From Promethearchaeota archaeon (GTDB lineage Archaea > Asgardarchaeota > Lokiarchaeia > Sigyniarchaeales > SOKP01): DNA of 46,216 nt. The position numbers and the translations under genes were made by a program. The notes beneath the pieces are model-generated. The model saw only the letters and a list, made by a program, of their open reading frames with translations, was not told the origin of the DNA and ran no database searches. Positions 1 through 10,238 of the stretch are shown piece after piece. Position 1 is the first letter of the stretch. Each line of letters opens with the position of its first letter. Location of the stretch: NCBI GenBank assembly GCA_019058015.1, contig JAHLWH010000174.1, positions 1 through 46,216 on the forward strand. The letters run 5' to 3'.

Positions 1-232
1 ATCCAGCTCCTTTAACAAAATCTTCCCACATGAATTGAAAACGTTCTTGCCCCCCCATATCCCATATGGTTATTTTTTCACCATTATTTAATTTTACTTG
101 CTCAATAGCAACTCCAATTGTTTGATCACGACGTTCCGAAATTTCCTTACATTGCATTAAAGAAAGAATAGTGGATTTGCCTACGCCACCTTTTCCTATG
201 AACACAACTTTCTGTTTGATATTACCAACCAT
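1..232 (-). CDS. Small Ras-superfamily GTPase (Rab/Arf-like), N-terminal part; runs off the window edge
   Basis: Not in the ORF track. Manual translation from ATG at 232 gives MVGNIKQKVVFIGKGGVGKSTIL...DQTIGV...ITIWDMGGQERFQFMWEDFVKGAG, with G1 (GKGGVGKS), G2 (T) and G3 (WDMGGQ). Confidence 0.9.
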   Translation of the reverse strand, partial: MVGNIKQKVVFIGKGGVGKSTILSLMQCKEISERRDQTIGVAIEQVKLNNGEKITIWDMGGQERFQFMWEDFVKGAG

Positions 233-550
233 TATTACTATATTAAAATTTTTTAAAAGGATGAATATCAATTCCCATAAAAATTTCAAAAAATAAAGTA
301 TCATACAGATGTTATTAAACCATAATTTTAAATTTGAAATTACACAAAATGGTGAAACATCTGTTTTAATTTAAGGATTAGTAGAAAAAATGAGGGGTCG
401 GAATTTCTAAGTATTTTTTTTGTGTAAAAAAAAAGTTTATATATTTAACAATTTAACTTATTTTTATCCAATAAATAGTCCTAATTTCTAACTATAAATA
501 AGCATTAATAAAAAATTAAAGATTTTATCTGAAAATTTGAAGGTGAAATT

Positions 551-1150
551 ATGTCTGGAAAATCAGTTGTAGGAAGTATTATCGCTTCTGTTATAATTAT
601 GAGCGCACTCACCTATTTTGCTTTGCCCTTTCTATTTCCAGTACTTAGAGCGGAGAATCTAGCTTATCAAGAAGATTTAGTTTCTGAAGAAGGTATATTA
701 CTTCAATCTAAATATGGAGAATGGAATTCTGAAGCCGTACTCTATGATTCTAACATTTCTTCATATGAAAAGATCCCGGATACCGAATTACAAATTACCA
801 TTCAAGTAAATTCCTCACTTAATATGGTTTTTTCCGGTATGGGTTTGATATATCTTGATTCTAGTTTCAGCGGAGCAATTGCATATAAAATTGCTCTAGT
901 GGTAGAGGGAGTCGATAATCGGACTTTAATGGTTAATTACTACGATGGAAATCCAACTTCAGGGTATCATTGGTTGACATATAACTTATACATGAATTTT
1001 ATGACTAATCCTTTACCAGCAGGAACTTATAGCATCTCAATGTTCTGGACTTCTTGCCAGAATCCATCAGGTGACAATCATTTAATCTTAGCCAATTCTT
1101 ATAATAATTATACGCGAACATTATTGGTACAAGAAATAAAAACATTGTAA
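551..1150 (+). CDS. Hypothetical membrane-anchored/secreted protein
   Basis: 199 aa with an N-terminal hydrophobic helix and a beta-rich remainder. SD-like AGGTGA at 541-546. Confidence 0.75.
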   Translation: MSGKSVVGSIIASVIIMSALTYFALPFLFPVLRAENLAYQEDLVSEEGILLQSKYGEWNSEAVLYDSNISSYEKIPDTELQITIQVNSSLNMVFSGMGLIYLDSSFSGAIAYKIALVVEGVDNRTLMVNYYDGNPTSGYHWLTYNLYMNFMTNPLPAGTYSISMFWTSCQNPSGDNHLILANSYNNYTRTLLVQEIKTL

Positions 1151-1159
1151 AATTATTAA

Positions 1160-1173
1160 TTTTTTTTTTTTTT
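1160..1173 (+). terminator. Oligo-T tract, putative archaeal intrinsic terminator
   Basis: 14 consecutive T starting 10 nt after the stop of 551..1150. Confidence 0.4.
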
Positions 1174-1261
1174 AATTGTAATAAATTCAGAAAAAATCAA
1201 GGAGATATAATTTAATGTTTTAATAGTATCTTTTATATCTATAATTTATAGGTCTGGAAAA

Positions 1262-2053
1262 ATGGAGAAACATAAAGAACTTTATTCAATTAATGAAATA
1301 GATGGAGTAACTTCTATCAGTAGCCCCCATAAAAAAGAATTAAAGGAAATTGGGGAGAGAAAAGCTAAAAACTTCAGAACACTCACCGAAGAACAACTTA
1401 AAAATGTGACAAAAAATATTATCGGGGGCACACTTGAAAACATAGGGTTGAATGAAGACTGGACATTAACTAAAGTTTTCTTTCCTTATGTCAAAATTCA
1501 CACAATCTATTTTTATTATGGAGATGAGTTTGGGTCAGATGAAATAGATCAATTAAAATTTCTCTTTTCAGGTGAGCGTGTAAGGTGGATTTCCGGGGAA
1601 GACCTCGCAAATTTTATAGATATTATGATGAATTACGCCGAAAGAATAATTATAAATAAAGAACCATTTAAACCCGGTAAAGAAAATCAATCTGAAATGT
1701 TAAAAAATGCCATTGAGGAAAGAAGCCCCTCGTTCTATTTTATAATTAATGAAGATATTCCAAATATCGCAGAATTTATTGGCGGGACGTTTGTTAAAAA
1801 TAAAGACTACTGGGAGTTAAATAAAGAAATCTTTCCTGAAATAACAATTAGAATAAAATATACTGAAAATCATGAATTAATGCCCCTTATTTTTGGAGAA
1901 AAATCTAATATGCTCGAAAATTACGAGAAAGATATTCTAAAAATCTTAACAATTAATCATATCTTGCGATATATCACTATAAAATATGACGAGAGAGACC
2001 TCCCCGAAATCTGTAAAAAAATGTTCGCGTCAGGTTATCTAAAAAAGAGATAA
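1262..2053 (+). CDS. DUF3786-like protein with an internal duplication
   Basis: FFPYVKIHTIYFYYGDEFG...FLFS...ISGEDLA resembles the DUF3786 LP.VP...W.GDEEFP...ILFD...EDI pattern. IIGGTL...W.L.K.FFP recurs as FIGGTF...W.L.K.IFP. Confidence 0.5.
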   Translation: MEKHKELYSINEIDGVTSISSPHKKELKEIGERKAKNFRTLTEEQLKNVTKNIIGGTLENIGLNEDWTLTKVFFPYVKIHTIYFYYGDEFGSDEIDQLKFLFSGERVRWISGEDLANFIDIMMNYAERIIINKEPFKPGKENQSEMLKNAIEERSPSFYFIINEDIPNIAEFIGGTFVKNKDYWELNKEIFPEITIRIKYTENHELMPLIFGEKSNMLENYEKDILKILTINHILRYITIKYDERDLPEICKKMFASGYLKKR

Positions 2054-2164
2054 CATAAAAATCTTCTTTTTATTAAGACAATAAATTAAAAGAAGATAGA
2101 AAAAAATAATATAAATGAAAATAAAAGAATAAATGGAAATCTCTTAATTAAAAGATTTGAAATA

Positions 2165-3253
2165 ATGAATAAAAAAAATTTGAAAATTTTTATTTTACTT
2201 TTTACCTCTCTTATATCTATCTTATTTCCTCCTATTCTGAGCTGCAAAAATCCTGATAACAAGAACGGAGATGTATTGAGTTGCCTAGAAATAAATAAAA
2301 TACCAAAAAAATCAGAATTTTTGAATCTTACTGGAATCACAATACTTATCGATGATGATGACCCAAATTTTAATTGGACTAAAGTAGTTGCTGAAAATAA
2401 TTGGTGTAGTGGTGCTGGTACTTGGAACAACCCCTATGTCATCGAGAATATAACAATAAATAGCGTAAATTATAGTAGCTGTATTGAGATTAGAAATTCT
2501 GATGCATATTTTATTATTAAAAATTGTGAGGTTTTCAATTCAGGATCATATACTAACATCTATGAAGCAGGGATCAAAATTAACAATACAGATAATGGAA
2601 AATTAATTAATAACAATTGTTCTTTTAATCAAAATGGGATATTTTTAGAAAAAAGCCAAAATATTACAATTTCTGGAAATTTCATAAACAACAACGATAA
2701 AGGGATTTATTTAAGATATAGTAAATACAATAATATCAGTTGCAATAATATAGTTGATAATACTGGGGGGATATGCCTTTTTTTCTACAGTGATGACAAC
2801 TCCATCTTAAAAAATTCTATAAATAATAATTATGCAGGGATCGAATTTCATTCAATTAATGATAATAACGTATCGGAAAATACCATACAAGATAATACAA
2901 ATGGTATAGTATTTATTCGAAGTAATGATAACACAATCTCAGGAAATATAATAAATAATAACCGAAAAGGAATTGAATTTTGGAGCTGCGCTCATAATAA
3001 TATATCAGGAAACACCGTAAGGTTCAATTATTATGCTGTTAATTTAATAAATTCCCATATTAATTATATAATCGGAAATATATTAACTGATAATTATTTA
3101 TTTTGTATTTGTGAAAATGATGAATGCCGGTATAATAAATTTGAAAATAATTTCTGTTTTTCTTATACATATTTAATATTAATTATAATAATTATCATGG
3201 ATGTACTTGTAATAATTTTTGTAATTTTATTTTTTAAACGACCTAAACTTTAA
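2165..3253 (+). CDS. Right-handed parallel beta-helix (NosD/PbH1-repeat) surface protein
   Basis: Signal peptide, the GAGTWNNPYVIENITI motif, about seven 22-aa N..GI....S.NN.ISGN.I repeats, a C-terminal TM helix and a basic tail. Confidence 0.88.
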   Translation: MNKKNLKIFILLFTSLISILFPPILSCKNPDNKNGDVLSCLEINKIPKKSEFLNLTGITILIDDDDPNFNWTKVVAENNWCSGAGTWNNPYVIENITINSVNYSSCIEIRNSDAYFIIKNCEVFNSGSYTNIYEAGIKINNTDNGKLINNNCSFNQNGIFLEKSQNITISGNFINNNDKGIYLRYSKYNNISCNNIVDNTGGICLFFYSDDNSILKNSINNNYAGIEFHSINDNNVSENTIQDNTNGIVFIRSNDNTISGNIINNNRKGIEFWSCAHNNISGNTVRFNYYAVNLINSHINYIIGNILTDNYLFCICENDECRYNKFENNFCFSYTYLILIIIIIMDVLVIIFVILFFKRPKL

Positions 3254-3314
3254 ATAGAAAATAATTCGATAATTCCTATAAACGAATATAGTAAATTAGA
3301 GAAATTATCAAAAA

Positions 3315-3632
3315 GTGATTAGGTTTATGAGCAAATCAAAAATTGTCAGTAAAAATAACAGTAATGAAATCAGATGGTTCGGATTTAAACTAACTGACAC
3401 TCAAACGCTAATTTTTTTTACAGTTAGTCTAATAGGAGTAATTATCCTTTCATTCTTTCTGATTTTTACTGTGTTTTCAATTATTACATTTATAATGTTT
3501 CCACCTTCTTATCCTGGCCAAGAAGAAATTTACATTCAATGGTTAATATTAAACATCCCAGTTAACGGTCTCTTCATCGTTTTCTTAATTATTTGTGCCT
3601 ATACCATAAAAAAATGTAGGGAAAAAAGATAA
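3315..3632 (+). CDS. Small 2-TM membrane protein
   Basis: Two hydrophobic helices. The start may be ATG 3327. Confidence 0.65.
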   Translation: MIRFMSKSKIVSKNNSNEIRWFGFKLTDTQTLIFFTVSLIGVIILSFFLIFTVFSIITFIMFPPSYPGQEEIYIQWLILNIPVNGLFIVFLIICAYTIKKCREKR

Positions 3633-3656
3633 AATTGAGCCTGATATTTAATTAGT

Positions 3657-3726
3657 AAAAAATGGTGAGAGAGACCTCTCTAAAATCTGCAAAAAGATAT
3701 TCGTACATTTTTATTTGGAAAAATAA
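3657..3726 (+). repeat. Degenerate copy of the 3' end of gene 1262..2053
   Basis: 3657-3703 matches 1981-2027 at 38/47 nt by hand alignment. It translates as KNGERDLSKICKKIFVHFYLEK* versus KYDERDLPEICKKMFASGYLKKR*. Confidence 0.8.
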
Positions 3727-3796
3727 TTCAGAAAAGAGTACATACTATTTTAAGATTATTTTATTATTTATCTCCAATTAGTTAAAATTTTAGGAT

Positions 3797-6436
3797 TTAT
3801 CTCACTTTTCTTTTGAATTGCCAATACAAAATAGTTAACACTACTAATAGAGACGATGTAATAATAATCCCTATAATTCCAGGAAGAATTACAAAAGGAT
3901 CTTCGCATCCGGGAATAACATAATCAAAATCATTCAATCGATAAGTGAAAAACTCTTTACCTCTATAACTCCAAGAAAAAACATCTAATACTCCATATGG
4001 AGTATATGTATATGACATTTCTGAAATGTTTCCCTCAATTAGATATGATATTTTGTAGCCATTATTAAGACTAGTAAAATTTATGCCGTAACTTTGTTCT
4101 GAATCAATTGCATCTTTTAATGTTAAAATATAATTAGTCCAATTAATGTTATTTCTGACAATAAAACTAAAAAAAGAGTATTGTATAATATCGGAAGTAT
4201 AATTTTCATAAATATATAATAAATTAGAGTATAGAGGCATAATATACGGTGAAAAAGAAAATGTTTCAGTCCATTCTCCATCAGTTATCATCTTATAAAT
4301 TTTTGTAAAAACAGTAACTCTTTTAAGAACCGGATCCCCTCCATCTATAAATTTTATTTCTATTTTTATTCTTTTCAAATCAAATGAATCTTCATAATAG
4401 AAATTAGAAGGTGGATCATTATTTGGGCAAAAAAAAACCCCGTATTCATAAACATCACTTACATTAATTCCCACATATGGTGGTTTTGGACCATCAAAAA
4501 AATTAACCATCTTAAAAATTGTAGCCATTTCCGAGATAGGGTCATAATAAGGATTAATATTAAATTCTATATACTTTAAAATACCTTTTGCGTTATAAGT
4601 TGCCGTACCGTATAAATACAAATTTCCAATATTTAAATTAATATCGATCATAGTAGAATTATCAAAAGGGTTGAAAAGAATATTATTATAGAAACTCGTG
4701 TTTAAATAAGCAAATCTCAAATAAAACTCAGAAGGACTTGGAACAAATAATGGAAAAATGTTTACTAAGTTATGTATATGATTATAATTAAAGGGATTTA
4801 CTCGATATAACAATGAATCTTCCCTGTTTGATGTTGAACTGAAATTATTCTCAATCCCAATCCAATCCCATATTGAATATTTTATATTCCAATACGTTGA
4901 ATTTTCAATAATAGAAGTTATTTTGATTTTTGTTTTGCTAAATTCTATAGGATCTGATGAAAATCCAAAATTTTGTTCCCATTTCGCTCCAAAAAATGTT
5001 TCCATTAAAGTGTCATTAATATCAGATAATACCCAAGAATATTCATTATTTAATTCAACTCCTAAAGTATAATCTGTTAAAAAATTTGAAGAAAATATTT
5101 CCATTTCAAAAATTATAATATTTTCAGAACTAGTGTAATTATGAATTTTAAAATGTAATTTCCTTAAAAATCCATCTAAATTATATATAGCACATCCTTG
5201 TATACCGAGTCGATCTCCAGTTATAATCTTATAATCATCATAATTTAAATGAGTGAAATTATCATCACTATCTAGATAAATCCAAGAGTAATGACTTGAA
5301 AGTCTAGCAAATTTCAAATATTTATATGTTGGAATTGGAAGAAATAATGGAAAAATATTTGGTAAATAATGATCATTTGGATACTCTCGAGGATCTAGTC
5401 GATATATAATTGAATCATTACCATTGGATATCGAACTGTGATCCTCTAAAATATGAACCCAATCCCACATAGTAAAATTAATTTCCCAATGAGTAGAGTT
5501 CTTATCTATTGAACTTATATTTATTTTAGTTTTATGATATCTCATTGGATTTGATAATAATCCATACGATTGTTCCCAATCTGTTCCAAAGATGGTTTCC
5601 ATTTTTGCATTATTTAAATTAACGATAACCCAAGAATATTCATAATTAACACTAAAATTTAATGAAAAACTTACCTCCACCATTTCATCAAACGTAAATT
5701 CAATTGTTTTTGATGAGAGTGGTAAAGGAAGGTCATAAAAATTATAATTCGTGAGGTCACCGTGGTCTAATCCAATAATATGGTACAGAAATCCCACATT
5801 ATTTACATTTTTATATTGAAATTTTATATTACCAGTCTCATAAAATATTACCTCAAAGTCACCAATAAATTCTTCGCTATAAAATTGAACCATATTATAA
5901 TATTCTATTACTAAATATCTATTAGGAGCGGTCCCAAGAAATTGGTAATATATATATCCTCGCGCACTAGGATCTAAGTCTGTACATAATAATGCAACGC
6001 AATCGTAATTTTCTAAATTAGTTTCAGGAATTTTATAAATCTTATAACTAGTATCTCCTAAATTTGTGAAACTCATCCAACCATTAGTACTAACGAATAT
6101 TTTATCATATTCCGTTCCGTAAAAAGTAAAATTCCATCCTCCAATAAAGGAAATTTCCTCATAATCATCATTTGAGTTTGAAATTTCCAAATGCATACCT
6201 GTTTTACTGATTTCTACCCAAGAATAAGGAGTATCAATATTCATGATGTACCCTCCCCCACTTTCCGTTGAAATCTCTATATCCTTAATGTTAATATTTT
6301 TTAAAAATTCAGGTGTAGATATTATTATATTGCTTGTTTTTGTTGGAATAATAACTAAGGAAATAATAAAGGAAATTAATAGTACCCAGAGTCTTATCTT
6401 TTTCATTGATTTCAAAAATTTTATATTTATATCCAA
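3797..6436 (-). CDS. Large cell-surface protein: nidogen-like N-terminal domain, ~199-aa internal repeats, C-terminal TM anchor
   Basis: Signal peptide. FTFYGTEYDKIFVSTNGWMSF and FEVIFYETGNIKFQY are nidogen-like motifs. The 16-mer ACCCAAGAATATTCAT occurs at 5031 and 5628. Ends in a TM helix followed by KRKVR. Confidence 0.8.
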   Translation of the reverse strand: MDINIKFLKSMKKIRLWVLLISFIISLVIIPTKTSNIIISTPEFLKNINIKDIEISTESGGGYIMNIDTPYSWVEISKTGMHLEISNSNDDYEEISFIGGWNFTFYGTEYDKIFVSTNGWMSFTNLGDTSYKIYKIPETNLENYDCVALLCTDLDPSARGYIYYQFLGTAPNRYLVIEYYNMVQFYSEEFIGDFEVIFYETGNIKFQYKNVNNVGFLYHIIGLDHGDLTNYNFYDLPLPLSSKTIEFTFDEMVEVSFSLNFSVNYEYSWVIVNLNNAKMETIFGTDWEQSYGLLSNPMRYHKTKINISSIDKNSTHWEINFTMWDWVHILEDHSSISNGNDSIIYRLDPREYPNDHYLPNIFPLFLPIPTYKYLKFARLSSHYSWIYLDSDDNFTHLNYDDYKIITGDRLGIQGCAIYNLDGFLRKLHFKIHNYTSSENIIIFEMEIFSSNFLTDYTLGVELNNEYSWVLSDINDTLMETFFGAKWEQNFGFSSDPIEFSKTKIKITSIIENSTYWNIKYSIWDWIGIENNFSSTSNREDSLLYRVNPFNYNHIHNLVNIFPLFVPSPSEFYLRFAYLNTSFYNNILFNPFDNSTMIDINLNIGNLYLYGTATYNAKGILKYIEFNINPYYDPISEMATIFKMVNFFDGPKPPYVGINVSDVYEYGVFFCPNNDPPSNFYYEDSFDLKRIKIEIKFIDGGDPVLKRVTVFTKIYKMITDGEWTETFSFSPYIMPLYSNLLYIYENYTSDIIQYSFFSFIVRNNINWTNYILTLKDAIDSEQSYGINFTSLNNGYKISYLIEGNISEMSYTYTPYGVLDVFSWSYRGKEFFTYRLNDFDYVIPGCEDPFVILPGIIGIIITSSLLVVLTILYWQFKRKVR

Positions 6437-6650
6437 TGAAAATGTAATACGTAATTATTTAAATATTATGATAAAAAGAATATTTATTAATAAGACATAT
6501 ATGAGTAGATATGTTTGACTGTTTATATCAATTTAAGAAAACAATTATTTCATACAACTGGAAGAAAATACATAAATTGTTTTTTACCGCTCAAAGAATT
6601 TAAATTCAGTTTTTGATTAAATACTCCTTAGAAAGATTGATTCTATAGCT

Positions 6651-7235
6651 ATGAGTCCAATAAAATTTAAAATAAAATCAAAAGACCAACAAGATGCTTC
6701 ATTTAAAAAATTGTTCATAAGTATATTTTTTGTGATCGGTTACACATTTTTAAGCACGCTCTTATTTTTTTTTATATTACAAGCTGTTCTAAATACGATA
6801 ATGCCAGTAGGTATAGCTATCACGGATTCAATGGAACCTTATATCAATAAAGGTGATTTAATATTCATAAAAGGAGTGGACCCTGCTGAAATTCAATGTG
6901 GTACAATACAGGATAAAGATGGAGATGTCATAGTTTTCGATGCAAGAGGATTATGGTATGATGCTCCTAATACACCAGTCGGGCATCGAGTTGTTCAAAA
7001 ATGGTATGGGGAAAACGGTTGGAATTTTCGTACAAAAGGGGACGCAAACCCTAAAATTGACCTAAGTATTATACCAGAAGATCGAATATTTGGTGTCGTA
7101 TGCGGTACAATTCCCTTTATTGGTTGGATATTTATATATCTGACAAATCCAGGTATCTTAATTCTACTTATTATTATTGCAGCTCTTCTCATACTACATT
7201 CCAGAATAGAGATATCTAAATTAGAAATTAAATGA
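6651..7235 (+). CDS. sec11: Signal peptidase I, archaeal/ER (Sec11) type
   Basis: Catalytic Ser in DSMEP, then KGDLIF, His in VGHRVV, and RTKGDAN. N- and C-terminal TM helices. Confidence 0.92.
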   Translation: MSPIKFKIKSKDQQDASFKKLFISIFFVIGYTFLSTLLFFFILQAVLNTIMPVGIAITDSMEPYINKGDLIFIKGVDPAEIQCGTIQDKDGDVIVFDARGLWYDAPNTPVGHRVVQKWYGENGWNFRTKGDANPKIDLSIIPEDRIFGVVCGTIPFIGWIFIYLTNPGILILLIIIAALLILHSRIEISKLEIK

Positions 7236-7385
7236 TAATAATTAGTATGTATATATTAATATTATTTAAGCAGTATCATTTCACATTTTAAAATAAATAA
7301 ATATAATCATAGGAATTATAATGTTGTTAAATCCCGATTAATAAATTTTTAACAGTGTGCTATTACTAAGATTACATATATTTAA

Positions 7386-7631
7386 TTATAATTGCTTATC
7401 CTGCCTGAAAGTCTTGATTTTTTTATCAATATGTTCAAGAAAAAGACAAATTAGACCAAAAATAGTTAGAATTATTCCAGATAATGAATTACTAAAAACA
7501 AGGTTTATATCCACAGGTCTACCAAGAAGTTTTATTCCATATATTATCGAACCAACTCCTAAGATCTGCAAAAATACGCTAAAATACCTTAAGTTTTTAT
7601 AAATTTTTCGTTTATCCACCATATTTACCAT
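7386..7631 (-). CDS. Small 2-TM hypothetical protein
   Basis: 81 aa with two hydrophobic segments, downstream of tuf on the same strand. Confidence 0.5.
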   Translation of the reverse strand: MVNMVDKRKIYKNLRYFSVFLQILGVGSIIYGIKLLGRPVDINLVFSNSLSGIILTIFGLICLFLEHIDKKIKTFRQDKQL

Positions 7632-7850
7632 TTTATATTTTCATTTTCAATTCCTATATCTTTAATCTATACTTCATGTTTTTTTTTTCTATCCATTTTT
7701 ATTTAACAATTATTTATTTTATAATTGAAAGATTACTTTAGTTGATACGTAAAAGAAGAAAAAACATACTAAAAAGAAAATAAAAAGCATTGAAAAATTA
7801 GACACAAAAAAAATATAAAGGAATAAAATAGATTTAAAAAAAATAAATTT

Positions 7851-9155
7851 TTACTCGGGTGTAATCTCCTTTATGATTCCAACCGCTACTGTTCTTCCCA
7901 TATCACGTACAGCGAATCGACCTAGTTCCGGGATCTCTGAGTATTTCTCAACACAGAGTTTCTTCAATGGTTGTAACTCAATAAATGCAACCTCGTTTCT
8001 TTTTATAAATTTTGGGTTATCCTCAATTACTGCTCCAGTTTTTTGGTCAATTTTTTTAACCAGATTAATAAACTTGCAAGCTGTTTGTGAAGTATGAGCG
8101 TGCACAACTGGCGTATAGCCTTGGGCGATGGCTGTAGGGTGCCATATAACCATTAATTGTCCCATAAATTTACCTGTTTTGTTAATAACTGTGGGCGGGT
8201 CCCTGGGATGACCTAAGACATCTCCACGATGGACATCATCCATAGTTATACCTCGAATACTGAATCCAATATTATCACCTGGTTCCGCCTTATCGTAGCC
8301 TTCATGATGCATTTCGATGCTCCGAACCTCCCCTTTGAAGCCTGTGGGCATTATAAGAATTTCTTCTCCAACCTTCATTACACCTGTCTCAACTCTGCCA
8401 ACGGGTACAACGCCTGTACCCTTTATTATATACGCATCTTGAATTGGGAGTCTCAGAGGTTTATCCAATGGCTTATCAGGGACTTTAAATGTGTCCATTG
8501 CTTCGAAAAGTGTTGGTCCATCATACCAAGGTGTTTTATCACTTTTTTCAACGACATTATCACCCATAATTCCACTAACTGGTACAAAATCAATATTTTT
8601 AATGTTAAAGCCAATTCTTTTTAAGAGATTAGAGACTCCATCTTTTACTTCATTGAACCGATCTTCGGAATAGTTAAATGATGCATCATCGGATTTATTA
8701 ACTGCAACAACCAATTGTTTTATACCTAGAGTTTGGGCTAAATATGCGTGTTCTGTAGTTTGTCCATTAGCAGCTATGCCAGTTTCGAATTCTCCTTTTT
8801 TACCGGAAACTACGAGGATTGCTGCGTCTGCTTGAGAGGCACCAGTTATCATATTTTTAACAAAATCCGCATGTCCTGGTGCATCAATTATAGTGAAGTA
8901 AAAGTTATTTGTATTGAATCTTCTGAACGCAAGATCTATTGTAAGACCACGTTCTCGTTCTTCTTTTAGTCTATCAAGTACATAAGCGAATTTCCAGGAT
9001 TCACGGTCGAGTTCTTTCGCAAGTTTTTCAAGTTCCCTTGCTTCGCGGTCTGAGATAGCTCCCGCTAGTATTAGCATGTGTCCCATCATGGTTGACTTGC
9101 CATGGTCGACATGACCGATTATGATCAAGTTTAAGTGTGGTAATTCCTTAGGCAT
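7851..9155 (-). CDS. tuf: Translation elongation factor 1-alpha (aEF1A)
   Basis: GHVDHGKST, ERERGLTI, DAPGHADFVKNMITGASQAD, NKSD, KPLRLPIQD, GRVETG, LGRFAVRDMGRTVAVG. Confidence 0.99.
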   Translation of the reverse strand: MPKELPHLNLIIIGHVDHGKSTMMGHMLILAGAISDREARELEKLAKELDRESWKFAYVLDRLKEERERGLTIDLAFRRFNTNNFYFTIIDAPGHADFVKNMITGASQADAAILVVSGKKGEFETGIAANGQTTEHAYLAQTLGIKQLVVAVNKSDDASFNYSEDRFNEVKDGVSNLLKRIGFNIKNIDFVPVSGIMGDNVVEKSDKTPWYDGPTLFEAMDTFKVPDKPLDKPLRLPIQDAYIIKGTGVVPVGRVETGVMKVGEEILIMPTGFKGEVRSIEMHHEGYDKAEPGDNIGFSIRGITMDDVHRGDVLGHPRDPPTVINKTGKFMGQLMVIWHPTAIAQGYTPVVHAHTSQTACKFINLVKKIDQKTGAVIEDNPKFIKRNEVAFIELQPLKKLCVEKYSEIPELGRFAVRDMGRTVAVGIIKEITPE

Positions 9156-9552
9156 TTATCATCACTTTTTTGTTATTTTATATAGATTTGAAATTATATA
9201 GATTTAATTAATAAGTCTCCTTATTTTTTAAAGTTTTAAAATTTTTGGATAAATTAATATTTTTTGCTCTTTTTTAATTTGGATTTCAACAAAAAAATTA
9301 ATGTGATATGAGATAAAAAGCATTGAATTTCAATGAATTATTGGCAAAAAAAAATAGGAATGTTTTTAAATTCCAAATTCGAAAATGTAAAAAGGATGAA
9401 GGTAAATATAGATTTATAGAGCAGATGGTTCTCTTAATATTGCCCAATGGCCAAGATTAATAGCCAGAATTGTGGATATTTCAAGTAATTTGAATCCAGA
9501 GTGCTCGTAAATCGGTATATTTTTTTTATTATAAATCTTTATTTTTATTCCT

Positions 9553-10011
9553 CTAATTTTTCAAATTTTTAATTAATAACACGCCCCAATATATAAAAAT
9601 GCATATGCTCATCAAAGCAAATAGAAAAATCATATCTAGACCAAAAAATACTCTTAAGATGATATAAATACCTGAGAAAAAAATCAATATTAACCCAAAT
9701 GGTATAAAAATTTTACATATAACATTTTCAAATTCAATGAGATCTTCTTGATTTTGTTTCCTTGAACCTTTTAAATAATCAACGAGCGCGATGATTATAT
9801 ACGGTATTGATAATGCAAAAATTGATATGGGTAAAACTAATATAATAAGGAAAATTAAGGCTTGAAGAAATCCAAACAATTCAACGTATATTTCTTGGAA
9901 AGTCAATGCAATAGAACTAGTTATTAAATAAAGAAGAATTATAACGAGATAACCAAGAATCAAACCTAAGACATTCCAAAATAAGATTTTTTCTAACTGT
10001 TTTATCTTCAT
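9553..10011 (-). CDS. 4-TM hypothetical membrane protein
   Basis: 152 aa with four hydrophobic helices. Confidence 0.7.
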   Translation of the reverse strand: MKIKQLEKILFWNVLGLILGYLVIILLYLITSSIALTFQEIYVELFGFLQALIFLIILVLPISIFALSIPYIIIALVDYLKGSRKQNQEDLIEFENVICKIFIPFGLILIFFSGIYIILRVFFGLDMIFLFALMSICIFIYWGVLLIKNLKN

Positions 10012-10238
10012 TTTTTCACGTATTTATCTTGTTAAAATTAAATAGCTATTCAAAATTATAAAATTTTTTATCTCTGATGATTTGAGAAATAAGATTTGAT
10101 AAATCTTTATATTTTATCCCAATCAAGAGAGAATATTGTTATAATTCTATTAGGAAAAAACTTATATAGATCTAAAGAATTTACAATCTAATTAATTTTG
10201 ATAAGAAATAAGTATTTTTAAAATCACGAAGAAAAAAT

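Noticed and set aside
1981-3726. Diversity-generating retroelement VR/TR pair
   Set aside because: The mismatches are not adenine-specific (several are C/T) and there is no reverse transcriptase in the window.
7873-8969. Plus-strand ORFs inside tuf, and similar antisense or nested ORFs (e.g. 2086, 6243, 6995, 7357, 17777, 18648, 20016, 41172, 43984)
   Set aside because: They are shadow frames of well-supported genes and have no recognisable motifs.
9330-9510. Slightly GC-richer intergenic patch with a short frame (YRADGSLNIAQWPRLIAR...)
   Set aside because: There is no convincing start or recognisable family. It may be a gene remnant, but I cannot support that.
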